Assembly (NCBI GenBank): GCA_963781585.1
Contig: CAWAGQ010000014.1
Coordinates: 64,001 to 128,000 of the forward strand
Length of the DNA stretch: 64,000 nt
Direction of reading: 5' to 3'
Source: an uncultured Gemmatimonadaceae bacterium
Lineage (GTDB): Bacteria; Gemmatimonadota; Gemmatimonadetes; Gemmatimonadales; Gemmatimonadaceae
Position numbers and translations under genes: made by a program. Positions 50,606-60,627 of this stretch are shown here, in pieces. How positions within the stretch are numbered: position 1 is the stretch's first letter; every line of letters starts with the position of its first letter. A model generated the notes under the pieces. That model saw only the letters and a list, made by a program, of their open reading frames with translations, made no database searches and had not been told where the DNA came from.

Positions 50606-51289
50606 CTACGCGGGCGCGGTCTTCCGCAGCAGCACGTGGTCCCAGACCAGGCCGGCCAGCGCGCCGCCGATCAGCGGCCCGACCCAGTAGACGATGTGCC
50701 CTTCCCAGCTCCCGCTGGCCACGGCCGGGCCGAATGAACGGGCGGGGTTCATCGACGCGCCGGTGAGCGGTCCGATCGCCATGATGTCGGCGGCGATCGT
50801 CAATCCGATGGCCATCCCGCCCAGCTTTGGCGCCTCCGGGTCCACCGCGGTGCCGAAGACCACGAACACGAGGAAGAACGTCGCGACGGCCTCGAGCACG
50901 ATGGCCTGCGTCATGGTCACGTCGAGCGCGACGAACTGGGTCCCGCCCCGGACGGCGGCGAAGGTCTCGTGGGGAACGACGCCCTTGAGCGTGAGGGCGG
51001 CGCACACGGCGCCGGCCAGTTGGGCGACGAGGTGCAGCAGCGCCATGGGCAGGGAGATGCGCCGCGCGACGAGGATCCCGAATGTCACCGCCGGATTGAG
51101 GTGTCCGCCCGAGACGTTCATGGTGGCCGACACCATGAGGGCGAGAATGAGACCGTGGGCGAGGGCCACGGTGACCAGTCCGGCCTGGGTGTCGGGTCGG
51201 TGGCTCATCATGATGGCGCCGCCGCCGACGAAGACGAGCGCGTACGTGCCGACGAATTCGGCGACGAAGTGCCGCGCGGTGTTGTTCAT
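50606..51289 (-). CDS. Aquaporin (MIP family)
   Basis: AEFVGT, SGGHLNPAVT, GASMNPARSFGP, YWVGP. Confidence 0.96.
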   Translation of the reverse strand: MNNTARHFVAEFVGTYALVFVGGGAIMMSHRPDTQAGLVTVALAHGLILALMVSATMNVSGGHLNPAVTFGILVARRISLPMALLHLVAQLAGAVCAALTLKGVVPHETFAAVRGGTQFVALDVTMTQAIVLEAVATFFLVFVVFGTAVDPEAPKLGGMAIGLTIAADIMAIGPLTGASMNPARSFGPAVASGSWEGHIVYWVGPLIGGALAGLVWDHVLLRKTAPA

Positions 51290-51412
51290 GGCGACCGCCC
51301 CGTGGTCAGAGGGTGAACCGGCGGCGCGAAGTTAGGACGCCCGGGCCCCGGTGACAAGGTTGTCGAGACCGGCGGCCCCGGCTTGTCGCGATCGGCGTGC
51401 CGGGCGCGCGGA

Positions 51413-52654
51413 TCAGTTGCGGCGCAGCACCAGGGCCGCGTTCACGCCGCCGAAGCCGAACGAGTTGGTGATGGCGTGCTCGGGGGCGGCTGCGCGGCCC
51501 ACGCCTGGCACGTAATCCAGGTCGCACTGGTCATCGGGTACCACCAGGTTCACGGTGGGCGGCAGCCACTCGCGCTGGAGACTGAGCGCGCAGATGGCGG
51601 TCTCGATGGCCCCCGACGCGCCTAACGCGTGGCCGTAGTATCCCTTGGTGCCGCTCACCGGCACCCGATACGCGTCGTCGCCGAGCACGCGCTTGATGGC
51701 CAGTGTTTCGGTGGTGTCGTTGAGCGGGGTCGAGCTGCCGTGGGCGTTGACGTAGTCCACGTCGTGCGCCGCCAGGTGCGCGTCATCGAGAGCGAGGCGC
51801 ATGGCGCGGGCGGCCTGCGACCCGTCCGGCCGCGGTGCCGTCATGTGGTGCGCGTCGTTGGTCACGCCGTAGCCGAGGATCTCGGCATAGACCGGCGCGC
51901 CTCGGGCGAGGGCACGGGTGCGCTCCTCGAGAATCAAAACCGCCGCACCTTCTCCCATCACGAACCCGTCGCGGTCGCGGTCGAAGGGCCGGGATGCGGT
52001 GGTCGGATCGTCGTTGCGGGTGGACATCGCCCGGATCAGGGAAAAGGCGCCGTAACAGAGCGGGGAAAGCGGCGCCTCCGCACCGCCCGCGATCATCACG
52101 TCGGCATATCCGTCGCGGACCTGCCGGAACGCGTCGCCGATCGCAATCGTGCCCGACGCGCAACTCATCGCGTTTGTGGAATTGGGTCCGCGCACGTCGA
52201 ACTCGATCGCGATGTTGCAGCTGGCCGCTCCGCCGAACACGGCCAGCGCCAGCATCGCGTCCACACCGCGCAGACCGTGGCAGACGTAGGCCGAGTACTG
52301 CGACTCGGCATAGGCCACACCGCCTAACGCCGATCCCATCATCGACCCGATGCGGTCCCGGTCCTCGACCGCAAGGTCGAGCTGCGCGTCGTCGAGCGCC
52401 ATCCGCGAGGCGGCAACCGAAAACTGCGCGAACCGCTCCAATCGCCTGGCGCGCTTCGCGTCCAGATGGTCCGCGGCGTTGAAATCGTTCACCTGCGCGG
52501 CATTCCGGCTGCGAAACACCGACGCGTCAAAACGCGTGACCGGGGCCACCGCCGACCGCTGGCTCCGCAGTCCCTGCCACAGCCCCTCCCGGCCAAGACC
52601 GATCGGGGTGATGGCGCCGATACCGGTCACAACGACTCGTCGATGCATGGGCAC
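51413..52654 (-). CDS. Beta-ketoacyl synthase (FabF/KAS II-like)
   Basis: [45 protein letters not shown]; Cys-His-His triad intact. Confidence 0.93.
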   Translation of the reverse strand: MPMHRRVVVTGIGAITPIGLGREGLWQGLRSQRSAVAPVTRFDASVFRSRNAAQVNDFNAADHLDAKRARRLERFAQFSVAASRMALDDAQLDLAVEDRDRIGSMMGSALGGVAYAESQYSAYVCHGLRGVDAMLALAVFGGAASCNIAIEFDVRGPNSTNAMSCASGTIAIGDAFRQVRDGYADVMIAGGAEAPLSPLCYGAFSLIRAMSTRNDDPTTASRPFDRDRDGFVMGEGAAVLILEERTRALARGAPVYAEILGYGVTNDAHHMTAPRPDGSQAARAMRLALDDAHLAAHDVDYVNAHGSSTPLNDTTETLAIKRVLGDDAYRVPVSGTKGYYGHALGASGAIETAICALSLQREWLPPTVNLVVPDDQCDLDYVPGVGRAAAPEHAITNSFGFGGVNAALVLRRN

Positions 52655-52753
52655 GCGGGTTACCGGATAGGGTCAGGTGGATGTCGCGCGTCTGGCTCGG
52701 CGGATCGAGGTCGGAACCGGCGCGCCGATACGCCGCGCGGGAAGCCAGAGGCG

Positions 52754-53335
52754 TCAGGCGGCAGAAGACGGAGGGGCGGCCGTGCCTCTCGATTCCCGAT
52801 TACCGACTTCGGACTCCGCGACGCGAGCCAGACCGGCAAGGGTCCGGCTCGCGATTCCGTGTATGAATATGGGGCCGATCACCGCCGTTGCGGCAACCAC
52901 GCCGATGAACGGCCACCGCGGTCCGTCCCACACGTGCTCCAGACGCACATGGGTCCCGCCGTCAACGGCCTCGAACGACCAGTCAACATCCATCCCCGCG
53001 GTCAGACCGCCGACATGATGGAACCGGATCCGGCGCGTCCGGGCGTCGACGCTCATCCGGGACAGCCACCAGGTGGGCCAGTTGACCAGGCCGAAGGGCC
53101 GGTTGGCGGACATCGCCACCAGACCGCCCCCGTCCTCAGACCGCTCGCGAAATCGCACCCACCGGTAGTGCTCCAGCAATGCCGGCCACTGATCCACCTG
53201 GCGCGCGATGTCGAAGACCACCCCGACGGGCGCGTGCACCAGTTGTTCGTCCACTATCTGCATCGCGCGCCCGACCGGCATGGGGCCGAGCGCGGACGAG
53301 CTCGGTACGCCCGAACGATCACTGCGGCTGGACAC
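52754..53335 (-). CDS. SRPBCC (polyketide cyclase/aromatase-like) protein
   Basis: V.AP...VF....VDQWP..L..Y..V, W.S, M...W.F, T.V...H pattern. Confidence 0.82.
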   Translation of the reverse strand: MSSRSDRSGVPSSSALGPMPVGRAMQIVDEQLVHAPVGVVFDIARQVDQWPALLEHYRWVRFRERSEDGGGLVAMSANRPFGLVNWPTWWLSRMSVDARTRRIRFHHVGGLTAGMDVDWSFEAVDGGTHVRLEHVWDGPRWPFIGVVAATAVIGPIFIHGIASRTLAGLARVAESEVGNRESRGTAAPPSSAA

Positions 53336-54023
53336 TACTCCCCCTCCACGTTGCCGTGAGCCGGTACCCGAAGTGGCGCCGGATCACGGGGTCAACCCCG
53401 GTCGCACCGCGCACCAACGCGCGGAGTTCCCGGGAAGTATAGCCACGCAGAATCGACACGACACCGTCGTGCCGACTCACCGGATGGAACCCGAGCACCC
53501 ATGAGAACGACCAGAGGGCCGCGACCGCGACCCAGCTCCGGCGGAGGTCCGCGACGATCACACGTCGTTTCGCCACGCGGTGCATCTCGGTGAGGAGCCT
53601 CGAGGCGTCAGCGTCCATGAAGTGATGCAGCAGCTGCGAACAGCAGACGATGTCAATGGACCGATCGGCGAAGGGAAGCCACAGGGCATCAGCGCACACC
53701 GGATCGGCCGGCCACGCGCGCGCGGCCGTGACGAGTTCGGCCTGGTCGTCGAGCCCGACCACGTGAACGGTCACCCCAAGTCGCGCAGCGATGCGGGCGA
53801 ATCGGGCGGGGATGTCGCCGGTGCCGGTGCCGACATCGAGGAGAGTGAGTTCAGCGGGGAGGTGCGCCAGCAGCGGCCTGAGCTCCGCGAGAACAGCGCG
53901 CGAGCCGCCGAACAGACGGTTCGCGAGCGCGATGTCCCGGTGCGAACGACGCCTGACGCGGAGGTCGATCCGGGGGTCGTCGAGATACTCCACGCCGCGC
54001 CGCCTTGCCGGCGTGAGGGACAT
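53319..54023 (-). CDS. SAM-dependent methyltransferase
   Basis: E.LDDP, N...GG, LDVGTGTGD, LHHF, DL.R, HDG..S..R.Y. Confidence 0.9.
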   Translation of the reverse strand: MSLTPARRRGVEYLDDPRIDLRVRRRSHRDIALANRLFGGSRAVLAELRPLLAHLPAELTLLDVGTGTGDIPARFARIAARLGVTVHVVGLDDQAELVTAARAWPADPVCADALWLPFADRSIDIVCCSQLLHHFMDADASRLLTEMHRVAKRRVIVADLRRSWVAVAALWSFSWVLGFHPVSRHDGVVSILRGYTSRELRALVRGATGVDPVIRRHFGYRLTATWRGSSVQPQ

Positions 54024-54502
54024 CAACGCTCCAGTTCGGCGTACCCACCGCGGTAGTGAAGGAGCGGGCGGACATCCCGCGCCACCGCGTGTTCGACCGC
54101 GGCAATATGGAGTTGATGATCTCCCCCATCATGCTCCCGGATCAGCGTGCACTCGAGCCAGGCGAGCACGTCGTCGAGGATCACGGGGCCCCGGTTGCTC
54201 CGGGAAAAGCCGATCCCGTCGAATCGCTTGGTGCCCTCGAATTCGGCGAACCTCCGCGACAGGAGCTCCTGCGGGGCGGCCAGGATGTTCACCACCACGG
54301 CGAGGCCCGGCGCGAGGAGCGGGTGCATGTCCGCGCGGCGGTCGACGCACAGGGCCACCAGCGGTGGTGACAGGCTGAGCGAGCAAAACGACGACACCGT
54401 CATTCCGTGATCATTTCCGGCGCCGTCGCGGGCCGTGAGCACCGTGACGCCGGTCGCGAAGCGACCGAGGACCGAGCGGAAGGTATCGGGGTCGAGGCTC
54501 AT
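54023..54502 (-). CDS. Flavin reductase family protein
   Basis: FR.VLGRFATGVTV.T, GMTVSSF.SLSL.PPLV, GGDH, PLL.Y.G.Y. Confidence 0.93.
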   Translation of the reverse strand: MSLDPDTFRSVLGRFATGVTVLTARDGAGNDHGMTVSSFCSLSLSPPLVALCVDRRADMHPLLAPGLAVVVNILAAPQELLSRRFAEFEGTKRFDGIGFSRSNRGPVILDDVLAWLECTLIREHDGGDHQLHIAAVEHAVARDVRPLLHYRGGYAELER

Positions 54503-55803
54503 CGGGAGTGGGGAACAGCCTGGGAGGAGTCGAGACCTGCGCGGTCCGGCCGCGGATGGGTGAAACCAGCCGTTATCAAGTGCCACATGTACCCTGGCCG
54601 CAAGACCTCCCGCGCCGGCACGAAGTCCCCGGTGACGCCGACCAGGAGATCGGCCAGGTCCGCGCGCGCAGCGAGCGAGCGGGCCGCGTGGTTGATCAGC
54701 AGAGGGAAGGCGACGGCGACGCCCACGGCACGCTCTACCTTCCACTTTCCGCCGAACTCACGGCGACGCGCCATCTCGTAGGCGCGGAGGGCGTCCTGTG
54801 CGCGGCGCGGGACCTGAGCGCGGACGGCCTCGCGGGCGTGCGAGGCCAGGATCTCCCCACCGCGCAGCGCCGCGTAGATCCCCTCGCCGGTGAACGGGTC
54901 GAAGAAGTCGGCCGCGTCGCCGACGAGGACAACCCCCGGCGCCCAGGCCCGCCTGGCCCGCCAGTTGAACGTCCCGACTGCGCGCACAGTGGTTACGCGC
55001 GTTGCTCTGCTCAGGCGTTGGGCGATGCCGGGAGCGCGCGCAAGTCGACGCGCGAGAAACCCGGCGGCGTCGCCCGCCATGCCCGGCGATTCGTGTGCCC
55101 CCACCACCAGCGCCACGTTCGTCACCCCCAAGCCGACATCTGCCAGTCCGACGTAGCCGCCCGCGAAGACATGCATCTCCCCGCAGTCGCCCACGCCGTC
55201 CACTCCGCAATAGTGCGTCACCAGCGCCACCCGCGTCGGCCACCGGCCGTGGCCGCCGAGGTGCGCGCGCCGCGCCACCACCGACCGCAGACCGTCGGCA
55301 CCCACCACCAGGGGCGCCCGCATCGTGCGCGTCCCGCCGGCCGCATCGCGCACCACGACGCCCGTGATGCCCGCGCGACCACCTCCCGGTGCGAATTCGA
55401 GGTCCACGACACGGACCTGTTCGCGCAGCCGCGCGCCCGCTGCCTCCGCGGCCCGCACGAGCAGCGCGTCGAGCGCCAGCCGGCGGATGCCGAGGCCCGT
55501 GTCACGAAATCCCGCGAATCCATGGGACGCCGCAAACTGGCCGTGCACTTCGACACCGTTGGGTGCGCGCACGCGCATGCCGGTCAGATGCGAGGCGCCC
55601 AGCCGCTCGACCTCCGCCAGCACACCCATCGCGTCGAGCAGGCGCGATGCCTGTGGACTGAGGTACTCGGCGCAAGGCTTGTCGCGGGGGAAGCGGGCCC
55701 GATCCAGCAGCAGCACATCTACCCCCGCCCGCGCCAGAAAAAACGCCGTGGCCGAACCAGCCGGCCCGGCTCCCACGACGATCACTTCCGCGTCATCCGC
55801 CAT
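54499..55803 (-). CDS. FAD-dependent oxidoreductase (geranylgeranyl reductase/flavoprotein hydroxylase-like)
   Basis: VGAGPAG, FPRDKPC, GADG.RS, GDAA.F.DPFTGEGI. Confidence 0.9.
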   Translation of the reverse strand: MADDAEVIVVGAGPAGSATAFFLARAGVDVLLLDRARFPRDKPCAEYLSPQASRLLDAMGVLAEVERLGASHLTGMRVRAPNGVEVHGQFAASHGFAGFRDTGLGIRRLALDALLVRAAEAAGARLREQVRVVDLEFAPGGGRAGITGVVVRDAAGGTRTMRAPLVVGADGLRSVVARRAHLGGHGRWPTRVALVTHYCGVDGVGDCGEMHVFAGGYVGLADVGLGVTNVALVVGAHESPGMAGDAAGFLARRLARAPGIAQRLSRATRVTTVRAVGTFNWRARRAWAPGVVLVGDAADFFDPFTGEGIYAALRGGEILASHAREAVRAQVPRRAQDALRAYEMARRREFGGKWKVERAVGVAVAFPLLINHAARSLAARADLADLLVGVTGDFVPAREVLRPGYMWHLITAGFTHPRPDRAGLDSSQAVPHSR

Positions 55804-55809
55804 CGGCTG

Positions 55810-56655
55810 TCATGAAAGGGCAGAGGTGACCAAGGCGCCAAGGATCACGCTCGTGAGGTTCACGGCATCGTTGGTGTACCCCCGGAGACCGCCTCGGACT
55901 TCCGTTCGCGTCGCGCAGTTGTGCACGCGGCGCTCGGTCATCCGGCCACACGCGTTGCACCAGCGACGTTCCTGAAGAGTGGCACCGAGCAGGGAGTCCG
56001 CGACAAGCCCGGCGATGCCGCCAGCGACCGTCGCGACAAACGGCACGCGCCAGCGAAGGCCGACCGCCAGTAGCGCGACTGCCGTCGCCCCAATCACGCC
56101 CGCGAGCGTACCAACGGCTGTAATTCCTCCCGACGCCCCATGTGGGAGCGTCCGTCCATTGAGGATATGCCGCGGCGTCCCCCCGCGCACCGTACCGACC
56201 TCGGTGCTCCAGGTGTCCGCGGTGGCTGCTCCGATGGCTCCGACGCCGATTGCCCTCCAGACCATGGCAGGCGCGAGTGACCATCCCAGCGCGGCCAGGG
56301 CGAATACTGCGCCGTTTGCGCCGACCTGCCAGGCATCGCGAGCCGCGCCCTTGTCCACCATGCCGTTGAGGAGTGCACGCCTGGCGTCGTCACGCCACGC
56401 GGAAAGGACCGTGGATGAGATAAAGAAGAACAGGAGCAACGCCACCCAGTCCACTCCTCCGAGCAGGCAGCACGTGCCCACGACCGCGGCTGCCGCCGCA
56501 CCGCCGGCGCTGAGCGCGCGGACGCGGTGAGCCGTCACGGCAAGTAGTGCCGCGACCAGCAGGGCGAAGGCGGTGCGGAAAAGCAAGGTGGAATGCGCGG
56601 AGGTGGACGGGTGCTCGGGGAGGCGAAGTTGGACGCTGGTGGAAGGTTCCGGCAA
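55810..56655 (-). CDS. DUF92 (TMEM19/VTE6-like) membrane protein
   Basis: R...QV.ANG, ATADTWSTE.G, G.SGGIT..G, DSLLGATLQ, N..VN; CxxC..H.C insert. Confidence 0.9.
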   Translation of the reverse strand: MPEPSTSVQLRLPEHPSTSAHSTLLFRTAFALLVAALLAVTAHRVRALSAGGAAAAAVVGTCCLLGGVDWVALLLFFFISSTVLSAWRDDARRALLNGMVDKGAARDAWQVGANGAVFALAALGWSLAPAMVWRAIGVGAIGAATADTWSTEVGTVRGGTPRHILNGRTLPHGASGGITAVGTLAGVIGATAVALLAVGLRWRVPFVATVAGGIAGLVADSLLGATLQERRWCNACGRMTERRVHNCATRTEVRGGLRGYTNDAVNLTSVILGALVTSALS

Positions 56656-56759
56656 GGCGCGTTCGGGGTCGGACGCGTCGTCGCGGAGCGGATATTGGCC
56701 GTAGATGCTTGAATGGTCGAATCGCGGCCGTTAGCTTCGCACGCACGAGTCCGCTCCCA

Positions 56760-57389
56760 ATGGATGCCACCGTTGACGCTCTGCTCCCGCTGTCGTTCCT
56801 CGAGGCTGTTCGCGACGTCGACACACCGGTCGAGGACTTCGAGGCCGAACTGGTGGGCGAGTTGCGGAACAAGCGCCTTGGATTGAGCGACACGGTCTAC
56901 AAGCAGATTCGGCGATATTCCGACGCTGTAAGGCGCAATCAGCGCACGGCGCACGATGAAGCGGTGGCTCTGGCGAAGCTGGTGGGCCGCCGCCCCGATG
57001 CCGAAGCGGTGTTCCGGGCGGCGGGACGTTTTCTGGCACGGGAAGCGTATCGAACTGTGTCACCGGTGGTGCGACGCTTCATGCTGATGGTGCCGGCGCT
57101 CCTTGCGCGGCCGATCGCGCTGCGCCATACGAAGCGCCTGTCCCGTCGCTATTTCAACGGTGGGGTATCGCGCGTGGGTTCGTCCGTCTATCTCGAGGTC
57201 AGGCAGTCGGTGACGTTGGAATCGGCGCCGCGCTCGGTTGGCTGCGCGTACTACGAAGCGGGCCTCAAGGAGCTGCTTCGCCTGCTGGTGAACAGTGTGG
57301 GAGGAGTGGAGCACGTGCGTTGTGCGGCCCGCGGCGAAGGTGCCTGCGCGTGGCGAGCCGACTGGCGACCGGCAAAGGGATCGGACTGA
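56760..57389 (+). CDS. Hypothetical protein with a V4R-like C-terminus
   Basis: C.YY..G....L...VEHVRCAARGEGAC.W pattern. Confidence 0.7.
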   Translation: MDATVDALLPLSFLEAVRDVDTPVEDFEAELVGELRNKRLGLSDTVYKQIRRYSDAVRRNQRTAHDEAVALAKLVGRRPDAEAVFRAAGRFLAREAYRTVSPVVRRFMLMVPALLARPIALRHTKRLSRRYFNGGVSRVGSSVYLEVRQSVTLESAPRSVGCAYYEAGLKELLRLLVNSVGGVEHVRCAARGEGACAWRADWRPAKGSD

Positions 57390-57393
57390 CGCG

Positions 57394-58572
57394 ATGCTCT
57401 CGACATCGACGCTTCCCTCGTTGCAGCAGTTCCTGGCCGAAGCCGGTGTGGACGGCTGGCTGCTGTACGATTTCCGCGGAGTGAATCCGATTGCCAGTTC
57501 GCTGTTGGGCGTGAGCGGGCACATCACCCGGCGCTTCTTCGTGTGGGTGCCGGCAACCGGCGTGCCGGTTGCCCTGACGCACGCGATTGAGCAGGGCGTG
57601 TGGCGCGACTGGCCGCGCGAGTGGCGCAAGGAGCGCTACAGCGCATGGTGGGTGCTCGAGGAGCACCTCAAGCAGCTGGTGGCGGGCAAGACGGTGATGA
57701 TGGAGTACTCGGCCGGAGATGCCGTACCGTACCTCGATCGCATTCCCGCGGGCGTGATCGAGATGGTGCGGGCCGCGGGCGCAACCATCGTCTCGTCAGG
57801 CAACCTGGTGACCGGGCTGTATGCGGTGTGGACGCCCGCCGAGCTTGCGTCGCACCGGCGGGCGGCTGAAGTCGTGGCCGCGATCGCGCAGGACGCGATA
57901 CGGTTCGCGGGCGAGCAGGCGAGGTCGGGCCGCGCGGCCGCCGAGCACGAAGTGCAGCGGCGCATCATGGAAGCATTCGACCACGCCGGTCTGGTGTTCG
58001 ATCACGGACCCAACGTCTCGGTCGGCGCCAATGCCGCCAACCCGCATTACGAGCCGTCGGCGGAGCAGTCGCAGCTCATCACCAGCGGGAACGTCCTGCT
58101 GATCGATCTCTGGGCGAAGGAACCGGATGGGGTGTACGCGGACCAGACCTGGATGGCGGTGATCGGCGCACCCGGTGAAAGGGTGGTGGAACTGTGGGGC
58201 GTGGTGCGCGACGCGCGAGATGCGGCGCTGACAATGCTGCGCCAGCGGATCGGCGCGGGGACAACGGTCCGGGGGGCGGACGTGGATGACGCGGCCCGGG
58301 CGGTCGTGGACAGCCGCGGATTCGGTGAGTTCTTCACCCATCGCACCGGGCATTCGATCGATCCCCACGACCTGCACGGATCCGGTCCGAATCTGGACAA
58401 CCTGGAAACCCGCGAGGAGCGGCTGCTGATCCCGGGCGTGGGATTCTCCGTCGAGCCGGGCGTCTACATCCCGGGCCAGGTAGGCGTTCGCAGCGAAGTG
58501 AATGCCTTTTTCGGGGACGGAGAGCTGATTGTCACGCCGGAGAGATATCAGGCCGACCTGCTGGTCGTGTAG
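57394..58572 (+). CDS. M24 family (Xaa-Pro) metallopeptidase
   Basis: PHY, LIDLW, YADQT, FTHRTGHSI, FSVEPGVY, GVRSE. Confidence 0.92.
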   Translation: MLSTSTLPSLQQFLAEAGVDGWLLYDFRGVNPIASSLLGVSGHITRRFFVWVPATGVPVALTHAIEQGVWRDWPREWRKERYSAWWVLEEHLKQLVAGKTVMMEYSAGDAVPYLDRIPAGVIEMVRAAGATIVSSGNLVTGLYAVWTPAELASHRRAAEVVAAIAQDAIRFAGEQARSGRAAAEHEVQRRIMEAFDHAGLVFDHGPNVSVGANAANPHYEPSAEQSQLITSGNVLLIDLWAKEPDGVYADQTWMAVIGAPGERVVELWGVVRDARDAALTMLRQRIGAGTTVRGADVDDAARAVVDSRGFGEFFTHRTGHSIDPHDLHGSGPNLDNLETREERLLIPGVGFSVEPGVYIPGQVGVRSEVNAFFGDGELIVTPERYQADLLVV

Positions 58573-59919
58573 GTGACGGCTTCACCAGGATTGGCGACGT
58601 CGCTGCGCCGCGAGCTCGGGCTGTTCTCGGCGGCGATGATGGTCGTGGGCGGGATCATCGGCAGCGGCATCTTCTTCACGCCGGCCGAGGTGGCGAAGGC
58701 GTTGCCGGCGGGGCCGTGGGTGCTGGGTGTGTGGGGGCTGGGGGGGGTGGTGGCGCTGGCCGGGGCGTTCACGTACGCCGAGCTCGGGGCGATGATGCCT
58801 AACGCCGGCGGCGGATACTTCTACATCCGGCAGGCATTCGGCGCGCTTCCCGCATTTCTGTGCGGCTGGATGACGATCCTGAGTGTCGCCACCGGCTCGC
58901 TGGCGGCGGTGGCGATGGGGTTCGCCGGGTACGCGGCGCGATACGCGGACCTGACCCCGGTCGGCGGTCAGATCGGGCTGGCGGCGCTCACGATCGTGGT
59001 CCTGGGAGCGACCAACTATGCGGGCATCCGGCCTGGCGCCGTTGTTCAGAATCTGCTCACGGTGGCCAAGATCGTGGCGCTGGGTGGATTGATCGTGACC
59101 GGGTTCGTGCTCTGGGCGCATGTCGGCGCACCGTTGCCGGTGGCCGATGCGCCGGCGCCCCGAGGGTCGCTGGTCGCTGGTCTGGCGGCGGCATTCGTGG
59201 CGGTGCTGTTCACGATCGGTGGATGGCAGCAGCTCAACATGGTCGGCGGGGAAATCCGCGATCCGGAGCGGACCGTACCGCGGGCGCTCTTCCTGGGCGT
59301 GATGATCGTGATCGTGATCTATCTGGGCGCGAACGCCGTCTATCTGCACGTGCTGGGTCGCGACGGGCAGGCTGCGAGCACCGCGGTCGCGGCGGACACC
59401 GCCGCACGACTCATCGGGCCGGTTGGCGGCAGTCTGATTTCCCTCGGCGCGATGCTGTCCATCCTCGGCTTCGTGAACGTCGCGATCATGGGCAACACTC
59501 GCATCCCCTACGCGATGGCGCGTGACGGGTTGTTCGTGCAGGCCGCGGGGCGACTCCACCGCCGGTTCGCCACGCCGCACATTTCGATCGTCATCATCGT
59601 CGTGTGGACGCTGGTGCTGCTTTTCGGGACCCGTGGCAACCTGGGCGCGCTCCTCTCGGGCGTTGTCTTCGCAGACTGGATTTCCTTTGGTCTGGCGGGG
59701 GCGAGCGTGTTCGTTCTTCGGCGGACGATGCCAACGGCGCCGCGTCCGTATCGGGCATGGGGCTATCCGTTCGTGCCCGGACTGTTCGTCCTGTCGGCGA
59801 TGATCGGCGTGACCAGCGCGTATGTGGCGTCACCGCGCACGTCGCTGCTGGGTACGGGGCTCCTGGTGGCCGGTGTGGCCGCGTATCTCCTGTGGTGGCG
59901 TCGCCCTCGAGCGGCGTAA
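58573..59919 (+). CDS. Amino acid permease (APC family)
   Basis: IIGSGIF, YAELG, E.RDP.R..PRA, RPYRAWGYP. Confidence 0.93.
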   Translation: MTASPGLATSLRRELGLFSAAMMVVGGIIGSGIFFTPAEVAKALPAGPWVLGVWGLGGVVALAGAFTYAELGAMMPNAGGGYFYIRQAFGALPAFLCGWMTILSVATGSLAAVAMGFAGYAARYADLTPVGGQIGLAALTIVVLGATNYAGIRPGAVVQNLLTVAKIVALGGLIVTGFVLWAHVGAPLPVADAPAPRGSLVAGLAAAFVAVLFTIGGWQQLNMVGGEIRDPERTVPRALFLGVMIVIVIYLGANAVYLHVLGRDGQAASTAVAADTAARLIGPVGGSLISLGAMLSILGFVNVAIMGNTRIPYAMARDGLFVQAAGRLHRRFATPHISIVIIVVWTLVLLFGTRGNLGALLSGVVFADWISFGLAGASVFVLRRTMPTAPRPYRAWGYPFVPGLFVLSAMIGVTSAYVASPRTSLLGTGLLVAGVAAYLLWWRRPRAA

Positions 59920-60003
59920 GCCTGTCCGGGTATGCTTGCGCGCGCGCCCCTGAGGTGCGTAGCGTTGGCGTCAGAAGCTCAATCGAGCGAGAGGAAACGG
60001 TAG

Positions 60004-60234
60004 ATGCCGACTTATCTGTACGAGACCGTACCTGCCGCAGGCGAGGCCGCGCGGCGTTTCGAGCTGCGGCAGCATATCGACGAGCCCGCGCTCGGGACGG
60101 ATCCGGAAACGGGCGAGCCGGTGCGACGCGTGATTTCCGGCGGCTTGGGCATTGTCACGCGGGGCGGGGACGCGATCCCGGAATCCGGTCCGGGCTGTGG
60201 TCCGGATACCTGCAGCTGCGGCCGGTTTTCGTAA
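60004..60234 (+). CDS. FmdB-like small protein
   Basis: MPTY.YE...RFE..Q.I....L..DP.TG..VRRVISGG with a Cys-rich tail. Confidence 0.8.
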   Translation: MPTYLYETVPAAGEAARRFELRQHIDEPALGTDPETGEPVRRVISGGLGIVTRGGDAIPESGPGCGPDTCSCGRFS

Positions 60235-60354
60235 GGGGAGCCAGCGGGCGTCTTCGCGAGAGCGACCCCTGAAGGCGGGTTGCTGCATGCGGGAGGACCA
60301 GGTCGGGAGGTGCTGCAGGGCCCGCGTACCGCAGCGCAGCGCGGCGCTACGATT

Positions 60355-60627
60355 CTATGCCAGCCACTGCCTGATGCGATACATCTCCTCGCTCACTGTG
60401 CGCTGGGCGGCGAGGGCCTGCTCCATCTGCTCGAGCAGCTCGTCGGGAGGGACCTCGTAATCCTCCCCTTCGGTGATGGCGGTGTGTGACGTCCATTCGC
60501 GAACGCGCACCAGGCCGTCGTGGGGGCGGCCGATGAGCAACAGACGTTCGGGCTGCCCCTTGCCCGATCCGACGGCGACGGTGAGGAATTCGCCCTCCCC
60601 CAGGGGGCCGGGGCGCGGGTCGGTCAT
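60355..60627 (-). CDS. Hypothetical protein
   Basis: ATG overlaps the heme O synthase stop (ATGA). Confidence 0.7.
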   Translation of the reverse strand: MTDPRPGPLGEGEFLTVAVGSGKGQPERLLLIGRPHDGLVRVREWTSHTAITEGEDYEVPPDELLEQMEQALAAQRTVSEEMYRIRQWLA

